DNA of 64,000 nucleotides, from NCBI GenBank assembly GCA_963803435.1, contig CAWDML010000004.1:1-64000 (forward strand), in the 5' to 3' direction. The notes below the pieces were generated by a model. It saw only the letters and a list, made by a program, of their open reading frames with translations, did no database searches and was not told the origin of the DNA. Shown here one piece after another: positions 41,876 through 52,604 of the stretch (the first letter of the stretch is position 1; every line of letters starts with the position of its first letter). The translations under genes were made by a program, and so were the position numbers. Origin of the DNA: an uncultured delta proteobacterium (GTDB lineage: Bacteria > Myxococcota > Kuafuiibacteriia > Kuafuiibacteriales > Kuafuiibacteriaceae).

Positions 41876-43750
41876 GTGACCAAAGAAGACATCGCCCTCA
41901 AGGAGCTCCTCCGCACGCAGTTTCCCACGGCCGAGCACGCCGCCGCCGAGATCGCCCGTCTCTCGGCAGAGCTAGAGCTGCCGAAGCACACCGTGCACGT
42001 GGTCAGCGACGTACACGGCGAGGACGTGAAGCTCAGGCACATCATCAACAATGCGTCGGGGCGGCTGCGTCCGGTGGTGGAGTCCCTGTTCGCCGAGCGG
42101 CGGTCCCCGTCGGAGATCCAGGATCTCCTCAAGCTGGTGTTCTATCCTCAGGAGACGCTCGAGCGCTTCGAGTGGTCGCCGGACGAGCCGCGCGTGCAGC
42201 GGACCTTGCTCGATCTCCTGGAGCTGATGCGAGAGCTGGCCAGGAGCAAGACCTTCGCGCGGATCCGGGCCACCTTTCCGCCCGAGCACGCACCGCTCCT
42301 GGAGGAGCTCCTGTTCGACCGCATGTGCGGCCGCGGCGAGGGCGCGATCGAGGCGGTGCTGGCGACGCTGGGCTCGAGGGTCCGCTTCGTGCGGTTCGTC
42401 CGGGTGCTGGTGCGTGCGGTGCGGAACGTCGCGGTCGACGAGATCGTCGTGGCCGGCGACTGCTACGATCGCGGCCCCCGCGCCGATCGAGTCCTCGACT
42501 ACCTGATGCACCAACCCGAGGTGCGCTTCACGTGGGGCAACCACGACGTCGCCTGGATCGGCGCAGCGCTCGGGCACGACGCGCTGGTGGCGCACGTGCT
42601 GCGCATCTCGCTCAGGTATCGCCGACTGTCCCAGCTCGAGGAGGGATACGGCATCACGATGCAGCCGCTCGAGAAGCTGGCGCGGGACGTCTACGGCGAC
42701 GATCCCGCCTCCAGCTTCGTCGTGCGGGGATCGGGCCTGCGGGACGAGCTGCAGGTGGCGCGGATGCAGAAGGCGGCCGCGGTGCTCCAGTTCAAGCTCG
42801 AGGGGCAGCTCATCGAGCGCAACCCATCGTTCGAGCTCGACCATCGGAGGTTGTTGCATCGGATGAACCTGGAGGCCGGCACGATCGAGATCGACGGCGT
42901 CGAGCGACATCTTCGCGACACCGTGTTCCCCACGATCGATCGCGCCGACCCCTACCGCCTCTCCCCCGAGGAGCGCGCCTGTCTCGAGCGCACGCGGCAG
43001 TCCTTTCTCACCAGCGACAAGCTCTGGCAGCAGGTGCGGTTCTTGACGGGGCGAGGGGCCATGGCGCTGGTGCGCGACGACCACCTGATCTTCCACGGAT
43101 GCCTGCCGGTCGACGGCGAGGGACGCTTCCTGGCGCTGGAGGTGGGCGGCCAGTCCTACGCCGGGCGGGCGCTCTTCCAGGCGCTCGAAGAGGCGGTCCA
43201 GCGCGCGGTGGAGAGCCCTGAGGTCCCGGATTTGGACCTCCTCTGGTACCTCTGGTGCGGGCCTCGCTCCCCGCTGTTCGGCAAGGACCGGATCACGACG
43301 TTCGAGCGCGATTTGGTGGTGGAGGAGGAGACGTACGTCGAGACCAAGAACCCGTACTTCAAGTTGATCCACGAGGCCGACTTCTGCGCGCGGGTCCTGA
43401 CCGAGCTCGGCGCAGATCCGGACCGGGGGCTGATCGTGAACGGGCATGTGCCGGTCAAGGTGGAGAAGGGCGAGGACCCGTTGAAGCGGAGCAAGAAGGC
43501 GATCACCATCGACGGCGCCTTCTCGGAGGCGTACGGCGATCGCGGCTACACCCTGGTGCTGGAGCCCGAGCACACGTTCCTCGCCGAGCATCACCATTTC
43601 GAGTCGGTCGCCGCCGCGGTCGAGCAAGGGATCGACATCATTCCCCGAACGACCGAGATCAAGCGGTGGGACCCGCCCAGGCGTGTCCAGGACACGGAAC
43701 GCGGTCAGGTGATCCGGGCGCGCATCGCGCTCCTCTCGCGCCTCCTCTGA
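41876..43750 (+). CDS. fbp: Fructose-1,6-bisphosphatase class III
   Basis: 'SDVHGE', 'GDCYDRGP', 'WGNHD', 'WYLWCGPRSPLFGKD..TFER', 'NGHVPVK', 'IDGAFS.AY'. Confidence 0.88.
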   Translation: MTKEDIALKELLRTQFPTAEHAAAEIARLSAELELPKHTVHVVSDVHGEDVKLRHIINNASGRLRPVVESLFAERRSPSEIQDLLKLVFYPQETLERFEWSPDEPRVQRTLLDLLELMRELARSKTFARIRATFPPEHAPLLEELLFDRMCGRGEGAIEAVLATLGSRVRFVRFVRVLVRAVRNVAVDEIVVAGDCYDRGPRADRVLDYLMHQPEVRFTWGNHDVAWIGAALGHDALVAHVLRISLRYRRLSQLEEGYGITMQPLEKLARDVYGDDPASSFVVRGSGLRDELQVARMQKAAAVLQFKLEGQLIERNPSFELDHRRLLHRMNLEAGTIEIDGVERHLRDTVFPTIDRADPYRLSPEERACLERTRQSFLTSDKLWQQVRFLTGRGAMALVRDDHLIFHGCLPVDGEGRFLALEVGGQSYAGRALFQALEEAVQRAVESPEVPDLDLLWYLWCGPRSPLFGKDRITTFERDLVVEEETYVETKNPYFKLIHEADFCARVLTELGADPDRGLIVNGHVPVKVEKGEDPLKRSKKAITIDGAFSEAYGDRGYTLVLEPEHTFLAEHHHFESVAAAVEQGIDIIPRTTEIKRWDPPRRVQDTERGQVIRARIALLSRLL

Positions 43751-43801
43751 TCCGAGCGGTTGATCTGTCCCGGAGGTTTTGTCCATGATGGGGGCGCCCG
43801 C

Positions 43802-44164
43802 ATGCGGTTCGTGAGCCATCTGCTCCTCACGCTCGCCGTTTTCCTCGGCGCGGGACCGGTGCAGGTGGCGCGGCCGATCTGCAAGATGGCCGGTCCCTGG
43901 TCCCGGTGCTGCTGCGGGGAGCGTCACGGGGAGACGCCGGTGTGCCGGCTCGATCCGGCCCGCTCCGATTGCTGCAGCCAGCAGACCGTCGAGCGCACGG
44001 CGACCCCCGACGGGACGCAGCGCCCCGATGCACCTGCGCTGGTGGTGCTCGCCTCGAAAGTCTCCCGCCCGGTGGCTCCGCTTCGATCGCTCGCCGCAGG
44101 CGCCGAGCCGTCGTTCCGCGGCGGGCCGCCCTTGTTCCTCCTCAAAGCTGTGCTCTTGATCTGA
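43802..44164 (+). CDS. Small exported Cys-rich protein preceding a metal efflux operon
   Basis: Signal-like N-terminus, CCC and CC clusters, C-terminal 'RGGPPLFLLKAVLLI'. Confidence 0.65.
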   Translation: MRFVSHLLLTLAVFLGAGPVQVARPICKMAGPWSRCCCGERHGETPVCRLDPARSDCCSQQTVERTATPDGTQRPDAPALVVLASKVSRPVAPLRSLAAGAEPSFRGGPPLFLLKAVLLI

Positions 44165-44213
44165 GTGCGCCTCGGCTCGCCGCCCGCATCGGTCCGGGTC
44201 CGAGGAGGAGACG

Positions 44214-45533
44214 ATGTTTCAACCCGAAGTGTGGCCGCACCTGGCCACCTGTCTATTGGTCGTCGCCGGCTGCGCGTCGGCGACCGAGCAGAATCGCGAG
44301 CGCCTGGTCTCGGCGTACGCCGGGCTCGAGGCCCCGCCCGAGCAGGCCGCTCCGCTCTCGGCGCCCCTCCAGCGCGAGGCGCTGATCCGGGCGGTCCTGT
44401 CGGTGAACCCGAGCGTGGCGGCCGCCGAGGAGGGCTTTCGCGCCGCCCTCGCGCGCTACCCGCAAGAGACGGCGCTCGACGATCCGATGCTGACATACAG
44501 CCTGGGACCGATCAGCCTCTTCGAGGGCCGCTTCGGCCAGACGCTCGAGCTGTCTCAGCGCTTCCCTTTCTTCGGCAAGCTCGAGCTTCGCGGCCAGGTG
44601 GCCAACGCCGGCGCCGAGGCGGCCAAGGAGGACATCCGGACGGTGCGGCTCGAGCTAGGGCTGACGGCCTCGCTCCTCTACGACGACTTCTTCGTCATCG
44701 ACCGCGCCCTCGAGATCAACGCGTCTCATCAAGCGCTGATCCGGGAGCTTGCGGAGGCCGCCACCTCGCAGTACGTCGCGGGCGCCGCCTCGCAGCAGGA
44801 TCCGCTGCAGGCGGAGGTCGAGCTCACCCACCTCGAGCATGAGAACGTGGTGCTCGACATGCGCCGTGCTGTCGTGGTCGCGCGGCTCAACGCGCTGCTC
44901 CATCGCGCGCCCGAGCTCTCGATCCCGGCGCCTCCGGACCAGATGACGATCCCGACCGAGAGCAGCACGGTGAGCCCCTCGCGCGCGCTGGAGCGCCGGC
45001 CCGAGCTGGCGGCCCAGCGTGCCCGCGTGGAGGAGAAGAAAGCGGGCGTGGCGCTCGCGAAGCGCGAATACTTCCCCGACTTCTCGGTGATGACGGGCTA
45101 CAACTCGATGTGGGGCGCGACCCCGCATCGATGGATGGTGGGCGTCGGGCTCAACGTTCCGATCCAACTCGGACGTCGTGCCGCCGCCGTCGAGCAGGCT
45201 GAGGCCGAGCTGGCGCGGGAGGGGCGGACGCTCGATCGGTTGACCGATGACACGCTCGTGTCGATCCGCGAGGCGGGCCTGTTGGTGGAGAAGGCGCGTC
45301 ACGTCGTTCACCTCTACGCGACGCGCTTGCTGCCGGCCGCCCGGGATCAGGTGGAGGCCGCGCGGGCCGGGTTCGTCGCGGGCGCCAACAGCTTCTCGGC
45401 GCTGATCGACGCTGAGAAGAACCTGCGGTCGGTCGAGCTCGAGCGAGAGCGCGCCAACGCCGAGCTCTGCCAGAGCCTCGCGCTGCTCGCACGCGCCTCA
45501 GGGCGCATTCCGTGGCTCGGTGAGGAGGACTGA
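44214..45533 (+). CDS. TolC-family outer membrane efflux protein (CusC-like)
   Basis: Lipobox VAGC; 'QRFPFFGKLELR', 'RRPEL', 'YFPDF'. Confidence 0.88.
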   Translation: MFQPEVWPHLATCLLVVAGCASATEQNRERLVSAYAGLEAPPEQAAPLSAPLQREALIRAVLSVNPSVAAAEEGFRAALARYPQETALDDPMLTYSLGPISLFEGRFGQTLELSQRFPFFGKLELRGQVANAGAEAAKEDIRTVRLELGLTASLLYDDFFVIDRALEINASHQALIRELAEAATSQYVAGAASQQDPLQAEVELTHLEHENVVLDMRRAVVVARLNALLHRAPELSIPAPPDQMTIPTESSTVSPSRALERRPELAAQRARVEEKKAGVALAKREYFPDFSVMTGYNSMWGATPHRWMVGVGLNVPIQLGRRAAAVEQAEAELAREGRTLDRLTDDTLVSIREAGLLVEKARHVVHLYATRLLPAARDQVEAARAGFVAGANSFSALIDAEKNLRSVELERERANAELCQSLALLARASGRIPWLGEED

Positions 45534-45536
45534 GAG

Positions 45537-47219
45537 ATGCGGCTCACCGACAAGAAAAACCTCGCGCCTTTGCTGGTGGGGCTGATCGGCCTGGCTGCGG
45601 CCGCGGCGTTCCATCGAGCGCTGATCGACTGGTTCACGTTCCCGGCGGCGCCGCCTGCCGAGGAGCCTCCGCATCAGGAGAGCACGGTCCCCGATCCAGC
45701 GCTCGTTCCGATCCGGGCGGCGCTGTTCGCTTACGAGACGGTGCGCGACTCACTGGCGCGTGACTCCCTCGTCGGCGTGGACAATGCCGCCACCGCAGTC
45801 GCGCACCACCTGTCCCAGGCCGAGGCCGCGGTGGGATCGGCGGAGGAGCTCTCCGGGCGGCTCCATCGGGCCGGTGCCGCCGCGAGCGCGCTGGCGGCGG
45901 CGAAAGAGCTGGCGGAGGCGCGGGCCCGCTTCTCCGAGCTCAATCGGGAGCTGGTGGTCCTGATCGCGTCCGACCACCGATTGCAGGGCAACCTGCAACT
46001 CTACGAGTGCTCGATGTTCGGCGGCTTCGCCAAGTGGTTCCAGAGCAGCCGCGACATCGAGAACCCGTACATGGGGCGGGCGATGACGGCCTGCGGCGAG
46101 GCCAGCGCCTGGGAGGGCGGCTCGGACATCGCCTATTACACCTGCGCGATGCACACGTCGGTGCGGAAGAAGGATCCGGGGAGCTGTCCGATCTGCGGGA
46201 TGAAGCTGACGCCGGTGACGCGCGAGGAGAGCGAGGAGGGCGTGATCTTCATCGACGAGGCCCGGCGCCAGTCGATCGGCGTTCGGACCGGGGCCGTGTT
46301 CCGCGGGCCCATGACGCTCGGTGTGCGCGCCTTCGGAAAGGTCGCCTACGACGAGCGCAAGCTCACCGACGTGACCATCAAGGTGAAGGGCTGGATCGCG
46401 AAGCTCTACGTGGAGGAGACGGGGAAGAGGGTGAAGCGGGGCGATCCGCTGTTCGCGCTCTACAGCCCGGAGCTCTACGCGGCGCAGGCGGAGTATCTGC
46501 AGGCGCTCCAGGGCGTGAGGTCGGGCAGCAGTCGGCTCGCGTCGCTGGCCGAGGCGGCGAAGCTGAAGCTGAAGCTCTGGGATCTCTCCGATGCGCAGAT
46601 CGCCCGAATCGCCGCGCAGGGAAAGCCGGTCGAGCACGTCACCTTCTTCGCGCCAAGCAGCGGATACGTGGTGGAGAAGAGCGTGGTCGAGGGCGCGGCC
46701 ATCGAGCCGGGGCAGCGGATCTTCCGCATCGCGGACCTGTCGGAGATCTGGATCGAGGCCGAGGTCTACGAGAAGGATCTCGAGCGCATCACGGTCGGTC
46801 AGCCGGTCAACGCAGAGCTGGTGTTCGTGCCCGACCAGAAGCTCGAGGGGAAGGTCGACTACGTGTACCCGACGCTCGACCCGGCCACGCGGACCGGCCG
46901 CGTGCGGGTGGTGATGGCGAACGCCGGCCTGGCGCTGAAGCCCGGGATGTACGCGAACCTCACGTTCGAGGCGGACCTGGGCGAGCGCCTCCAGGTCCCG
47001 GCCGAGGCCGTGATCTACACCGGGCCGCGCCGGATCGTGTTCCTGGATCTGGGCGGAGGCCGGCTCCGTCCCGCGGCGATCGAGGTGGGCGCGCGCTCGC
47101 AGGAGACGTACGAGGTGATCTCGGGGCTCTCGGAGGGCCAGCAGGTGGTCACCTCGGGCAACTTCCTGGTGGCGGCGGAGAGTCGGCTCCGCTCGGGAGG
47201 CGGTCATGGAGCCCGGTGA
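45537..47219 (+). CDS. cusB: CusB-like RND periplasmic adaptor with DUF3347 and heavy-metal-binding domains
   Basis: 'NPYMG..M..CG', 'YTCAMH..PGSCPICGM', 'YSPEL', 'LKPGMY'. Confidence 0.85.
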   Translation: MRLTDKKNLAPLLVGLIGLAAAAAFHRALIDWFTFPAAPPAEEPPHQESTVPDPALVPIRAALFAYETVRDSLARDSLVGVDNAATAVAHHLSQAEAAVGSAEELSGRLHRAGAAASALAAAKELAEARARFSELNRELVVLIASDHRLQGNLQLYECSMFGGFAKWFQSSRDIENPYMGRAMTACGEASAWEGGSDIAYYTCAMHTSVRKKDPGSCPICGMKLTPVTREESEEGVIFIDEARRQSIGVRTGAVFRGPMTLGVRAFGKVAYDERKLTDVTIKVKGWIAKLYVEETGKRVKRGDPLFALYSPELYAAQAEYLQALQGVRSGSSRLASLAEAAKLKLKLWDLSDAQIARIAAQGKPVEHVTFFAPSSGYVVEKSVVEGAAIEPGQRIFRIADLSEIWIEAEVYEKDLERITVGQPVNAELVFVPDQKLEGKVDYVYPTLDPATRTGRVRVVMANAGLALKPGMYANLTFEADLGERLQVPAEAVIYTGPRRIVFLDLGGGRLRPAAIEVGARSQETYEVISGLSEGQQVVTSGNFLVAAESRLRSGGGHGAR

Positions 47220-50200
47220 CGCCGGCCGCACGGGTCTCATCGGGCGCGTGATCGCGACATCCGCGCGGAGCCCGTTCGTCACCATCTGCTTCGTCGCCGC
47301 GCTGGCGGTGTTCGGATTCTTCGCGCTGAGGAAGACGGCGCTCGACGCCATCCCGGACCTCTCGGACGTCCAGGTCATCGTCTTCACCGAGTGGTCGGGC
47401 CGCAGCCCCGATCTGGTGGAGGATCAGATCACCTATCCGATCTCGACGTCGCTGCTGGCAGCGCCGAAGGTGAAGTTCGTCCGCGGGCAGTCGTTTTTCG
47501 GCCTCTCGTTCGTCTACGTGATCTTCGAGGACGGCACCGACATGTACTGGGCGCGCAGCCGCGTCCTCGAGTACCTCAATACGGCGCAGGGTCGGCTGCC
47601 CGCCGGCGTTCGTCCCACGATCGGACCCGACGCGACCGGCGTCGGTTGGGTGTTCGAGTACGCGCTCGTCGACAAGAGCGGGAAGCGCGACCTCGCGCAG
47701 CTGCGCTCCCTCCAGGACTGGAACATCCGCTACGCGCTGGAGAGTGTCGAGGGGGTCGCCGAGGTCGCGTCGATCGGCGGGTTCGTGAAGCAGTACCAGG
47801 TGCAGGTCGATCCCAACCGGCTGCGCGCCTACCGCGTCTCGATGCGGGAGGTCATCACCGCCATCCGCGCCTCGAACGACGACGTCGGCGGGCGGTTGCT
47901 GGAGATCGGTGGCCACGAGCACATGATCCGGGGCCGCGGCTATATCACGGGCACCGCGGACATCGAGAAGATCCCGATCAAAGTGGGCGAGGACGGCGTG
48001 CCGGTCTTCGTCGAGCAGGTGGCCACGGTGAGCATCGGCCCGGACATCCGCCGCGGCGTGGCGGAGCTCGACGGGGAGGGCGAGGTGGTGGGCGGCATCG
48101 TGGTGATGCGCTACGGGGAGAACGCGCTGAGCGTGATCGAGCGCGTCAAGCAGCGGATCTCGGAGCTCGAGCTGCCCAGACGGGGTCGAGCTCGTGCCGG
48201 TACTACGATCGCTCCGAGCTGATCGAAGGATCGATCCGCACGCTTCGCTCGACGCTTGCTCGAGGAGATGGTGGTCGTCAGCCTGGTCATCTTCCTCTTC
48301 CTCCTGCACGTGCGCAGCGCGCTGGTCCCGATCATCACGCTGCCGCTCGGTGTCCTGCTCGCGTTCATCCCGATGTACTACCAGGGGCTGACCGCGAACA
48401 TCATGTCGCTGGGCGGGATCGCGGTGGCGATCGGCGCGATGGTGGACGCGTCGATCATCATCATCGAGAACATCCACAAGAAGCTCCAGCACTGGGAAGA
48501 GGAGGGCCGCCCCGGCAAGCGCAGCGACGCGGTGGTGGCGGCGATGCAGGAGGTCGGACCGTCGATCTTCTTCTCGCTCCTCGTCATCACCGTCTCCTTC
48601 ATGCCGGTGTTCACGCTCCAGGCGACGGAGGGCCGGCTCTTCAAGCCGCTCGCCTTCACCAAGACCTACTCGATGGGCTTCGCCGCGATCCTGGCGGTAA
48701 CGCTGACGCCGGCGCTGGCGGTGCTCCTCATCCGGGGCCGGATCCAGAAGGAGGAGCAGAACCCGCTCAACCGTTGGCTGATCGCGCTCTACACACCGGT
48801 GGTCCGGGCGGTCGTGGATCATCGAAAGCTGGTGCTGGTGGTGGCGTGCCTCCTGATGGTGCTCACCGTGCCGGCCTACCTTCGGCTCCAGAGCGAGTTC
48901 ATGCCGCCGCTCAACGAGGGCGCGATCCTCTACATGCCCACGGCCCCGCCGGGCATGAGCGTCACCGAGGCCGAGAAGGTGCTCGGAGAGATGGACCGGG
49001 AGCTGAAGACTTTCCCCGAGGTGAAGAGCGTCTTCGGCAAGATGGGCCGCGCGCGCACGCCGACGGATCCGGCGCCGCTCTCGATGGCGGAGACCACGGT
49101 GGTGCTGAAGCCGCGCGAGGCCGTGGCGCCCGGGGATGACCTGGGAGCGCTTGATCCGCGAGATCGACGCCAAGATCCGCATCCCGGGGATGCCGAACGT
49201 GTTCTGGATGCCGATGCAGACGCGCACCGAGATGCTGGCGACCGGCGTGCGGAGCCCGCTCGGCATCCAGGTGTTCGGCGACTCCCTCGAGGAGATCGAG
49301 CAGACGGGCGTCGCCATCGAGAAGGCGGTGGAGAGCGTGCCGGGGACGCGGAGCGCCTTCGCCGAGCGATCGACGGGCGGCTTCTTCATCGACTTTCTCC
49401 TCAAGCGCGAGGCCGCGGCCCGATACGGACTGACCGCCGGGGACATCAACGAGGTGATCATGTCCGCGATCGGGGGCATGAACATCACGGAGACCGTCGA
49501 GGGTCGCGAGCGCTACCCGATCAACGTCCGCTACGCGCGCGAGTACCGCGACACGCCGGAGCTCCTCGGCGAGGTCCTCATCACCACCCCGACGGGGGCG
49601 CATGGTCCCGCTCCGCCAGGTCGCCGAGATCCGCACGGTGACCGGACCGCCGATGGTCCGCAGCGAAGACGGGCGCTCGTCGGCTTCGTCTTCGTCGACA
49701 CGGATCGGCCCATCGCCGAGTACGTGCGCGACGCCAAGCGCGCCGTCGAGCGAGAGGTGCGGCTCCCCGCAGGCGTCCGGCTCGCGTGGGTGGGTCAGTT
49801 CCAGCTACCTCGAGCGCGCCAAGGATCGGCTCGCATTCATCATCCCGCTGACGCTGCTGCTGGTGTTCGTGCTGCTCTACCTCAACACGCGTTCGCTGGT
49901 GGAGACGGGGATCGTGCTCCTGGCCGTTCCGTTCTCGCTGATCGGCGCGATCTGGATCCTCTACCTGCTCGGCTACCACATGAGCGTCGCGGTCTGGGTG
50001 GGTCTGATCGCGCTGGCGGGGCTCGACGCCGAGACCGGTGTGGTGATGCTCCTGTACCTGACGATCGCGCATCGATCGTGGCAGCGGGCCGGGCGGCTCC
50101 GGACGGCCGAGGATCTCAAGGGGGCGATCGTCGAAGGAGCGGCGCAGCGGATCAGGCCCAAGCTGATGACGGTCCTGACGACGATGGTCGGCCTGGTCCC

Positions 50201-50360
50201 GGTCCTGTGGAGCATCGGCACCGGCGCCGACGTCATGCGGCGGATCGCGGCGCCGATGATCGGCGGGCTGGTGACCTCGTTCTTCCTGGAGCTGACGGTG
50301 TACCCGGCGATCTTCGCGGTCTGGAAGGGCCTCCGTCAGCGGACGTCGACGAGCTCGTAG
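47206..50360 (+). CDS. cusA: CusA/CzcA heavy-metal RND permease, several frameshifts
   Basis: 'DAIPDLSDVQVI', 'GPDATGVGWV', 'IGAMVDA', 'EFMPPLNEG', 'RIRPKLMT'. Confidence 0.92.
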
Positions 50361-52564
50361 ACCGTCTGGGGCGGGTCGCCCTCGAGCAGCACAACCTCGG
50401 CGGCCGACCGGACCTCGACCCGGGAGCCCGCCAGCTCGGCGGTCCGCTGTGAGATCAGGATCTGGGTGCCGAGGTTCTCGTTCTCGCGCTCGATCCGGGC
50501 GGCGATGCGCATCTCGTCGCCGACAGCGGTGTAGTCTACGCGCTGGTCGCTCCCGAAGTTGCCGATGAACATCTCCGCGGTGCTGACGCCGACGCGCGTC
50601 TGGTGCTCGGCCAGCTCGGGGAGGTCGGACTCGAGAGCGTGCGCTCGGGCGATGATCGCCTGGGCCGCCTCGCAGGCGCGGAGCGGGTGGTCGGGGTGAT
50701 TCAGCGGCGCGCCGAACAGGCAGATGATGGAGTCGCCGATGTACTTGTTCACGTAGCCGCCGTGCTCGAGCACGACGTCGGTGAGCGCGGTGTAATAGCG
50801 GTTGAGCAGCCGTTGCAGGCCGGCCGGGTCGTGGGCGTACCGCTCGGTCAGCGCCGAGAAGTCGTTGATGTCGGTGACCAGTGCGGTGACCTCGCGGTTC
50901 TCGCCGGCCAGCCGGGGGATCGAACGCTCCTCGACGAGCTGCTCGAGCAGGATCGACGCGACCGAGCCGCTGAAGGCCTCGCGGAGCCGGTCGCGATCCT
51001 GCGCGGCGAAGAAGTGGTTGAAGAGGGCGCCCACCGCGGAGGTGAACGACGCCGCATAGGACGGCAGCGCCGAGAGGACGTGGATCTTGAACCCCACCAG
51101 CAGCCAGCCGGTCACCAGGAAGAAGCCGAAAAAGAGGAGCAGGGGCCAGGCGACGTCGAGGACGCTGCTGCGAAAGACGACGATGATCATCATCGAGAAG
51201 GCGGCCACCAGGAACGTGATCATCACCGAGCTCCAGAAAGGAGCCTCGGTGATGAACCTGTGATCGAGAAGATTCTGGATCTCGGAGGCCTGCTTCACTA
51301 CGCCGGGCGTCGAGGCGGAGAACGGCGTGCCCTTGACGTCCGCAGTGCCGAGCGCGAATCCGCCGATCACCACCACCTTGTCCTTGAAGTATCCGGGCGC
51401 CAGCTTGCGCTTCAGATCCTTGATCTTGTCCGGGTCGCTCTTCGCGAGCGAGTCGTACGTCCAGTCGTCGAGCACGTGGATCAGGCTGAGCGTTTGAAAG
51501 CGCTGATCGAGGTCGCCGCCGTAGTCGATCTCGGCGCTCCCGTCGGCGTTGATGGGGATGACGACGTCGCCGATCTGCAGCCGCTTGGGCGCGATCTTCA
51601 CCTCGTCCGCCTCGAAGAGATCGGCGGCCACTGCGGTGGGCAGCGTGACGTAGGTGTTGATGCCGTCGGTGTACGCGAAGCGCGTGCGGCGGAGCTTGCC
51701 GTCGCTGTCCTCCTCCATGACCACCAGACCGAACCCGGCCGTGCTGGGGATCAGGGGCGCGATCGGCGGCTGCGGATAACGCATGACGCCGTCGGCGTCC
51801 GCCAGCGTGGGAAGCGACAGGCCAGTCACGCCCACCGGGAAGGCGAGCGCGCCCGCGATCTCCTCGGGCGTTGCCTTGGGATAGCCGTCGTCCGCCGGGC
51901 GCTCGCCCTCCGCAGGGCCCTCCGGGAACTCGTCGTTCGGAAACTCCTCACCGCCCTCGTCGGGGAACTCTTCATCGCCTTGGTTCTCGTCGGGCGGCGG
52001 CTGCTCTTCGACCTTTACGGGCCTGGTCGGTCCCCGGCGGTTCTTCGGCGCGATCTTCGGCGGGGCCTGGGTCGATCGCGACTGGCTGATGTTGAAGCCC
52101 ACGTAGAACGGGACCTTGGCCTCCTTGACGGCCTCGCCGATCGCGAGGTCACCGGTCGGATCCGGGTGGCGCTCGTCCATCACCGCGTCGAAGACCACCG
52201 CGCGCGCACCGTCGCTCCCGAGGTGTTCGATCACGCGGGCCCAGACGTTGCGGGAGTACGGCCAGCTCCCGTAGTTGAGGGCGTAGCCCGGGTTCTTGGC
52301 GACCGCCTGCAGCGTCAGGTCGTCGATGGCGAGGATGATGATGTCCTTCGACTTCTCGACCTGCCCAATCGGTCCGGTCATCGCGGTGAGGCCGTCGTCG
52401 TAGGCGTCGAGCTCGGCGTCGCGGATCCCGAAGAGGTCGAGCTCGTAGCAGACGGCGGCGGCGACCGTCGCCCCCAAGGACACGGCCAGCACCAGCTTCC
52501 AGGTGCGGAGCAAGCGGAGCCACCAGAGCCTGAGGAGCTGCTTCACCGCCTCGCGACTTATCAC
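50336..52564 (-). CDS. CHASE2-domain adenylate/guanylate cyclase
   Basis: 'ILAIDD..WPYSR', 'DSDGKLRR', three TM helices, 'TDINDFS', 'KYIGD'. Confidence 0.88.
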   Translation of the reverse strand: MISREAVKQLLRLWWLRLLRTWKLVLAVSLGATVAAAVCYELDLFGIRDAELDAYDDGLTAMTGPIGQVEKSKDIIILAIDDLTLQAVAKNPGYALNYGSWPYSRNVWARVIEHLGSDGARAVVFDAVMDERHPDPTGDLAIGEAVKEAKVPFYVGFNISQSRSTQAPPKIAPKNRRGPTRPVKVEEQPPPDENQGDEEFPDEGGEEFPNDEFPEGPAEGERPADDGYPKATPEEIAGALAFPVGVTGLSLPTLADADGVMRYPQPPIAPLIPSTAGFGLVVMEEDSDGKLRRTRFAYTDGINTYVTLPTAVAADLFEADEVKIAPKRLQIGDVVIPINADGSAEIDYGGDLDQRFQTLSLIHVLDDWTYDSLAKSDPDKIKDLKRKLAPGYFKDKVVVIGGFALGTADVKGTPFSASTPGVVKQASEIQNLLDHRFITEAPFWSSVMITFLVAAFSMMIIVVFRSSVLDVAWPLLLFFGFFLVTGWLLVGFKIHVLSALPSYAASFTSAVGALFNHFFAAQDRDRLREAFSGSVASILLEQLVEERSIPRLAGENREVTALVTDINDFSALTERYAHDPAGLQRLLNRYYTALTDVVLEHGGYVNKYIGDSIICLFGAPLNHPDHPLRACEAAQAIIARAHALESDLPELAEHQTRVGVSTAEMFIGNFGSDQRVDYTAVGDEMRIAARIERENENLGTQILISQRTAELAGSRVEVRSAAEVVLLEGDPPQTVYELVDVR

Positions 52565-52604
52565 GGGATCGCGCGGAGCCGGAAGCTTCCCCGTGGCTCA
52601 GGCG

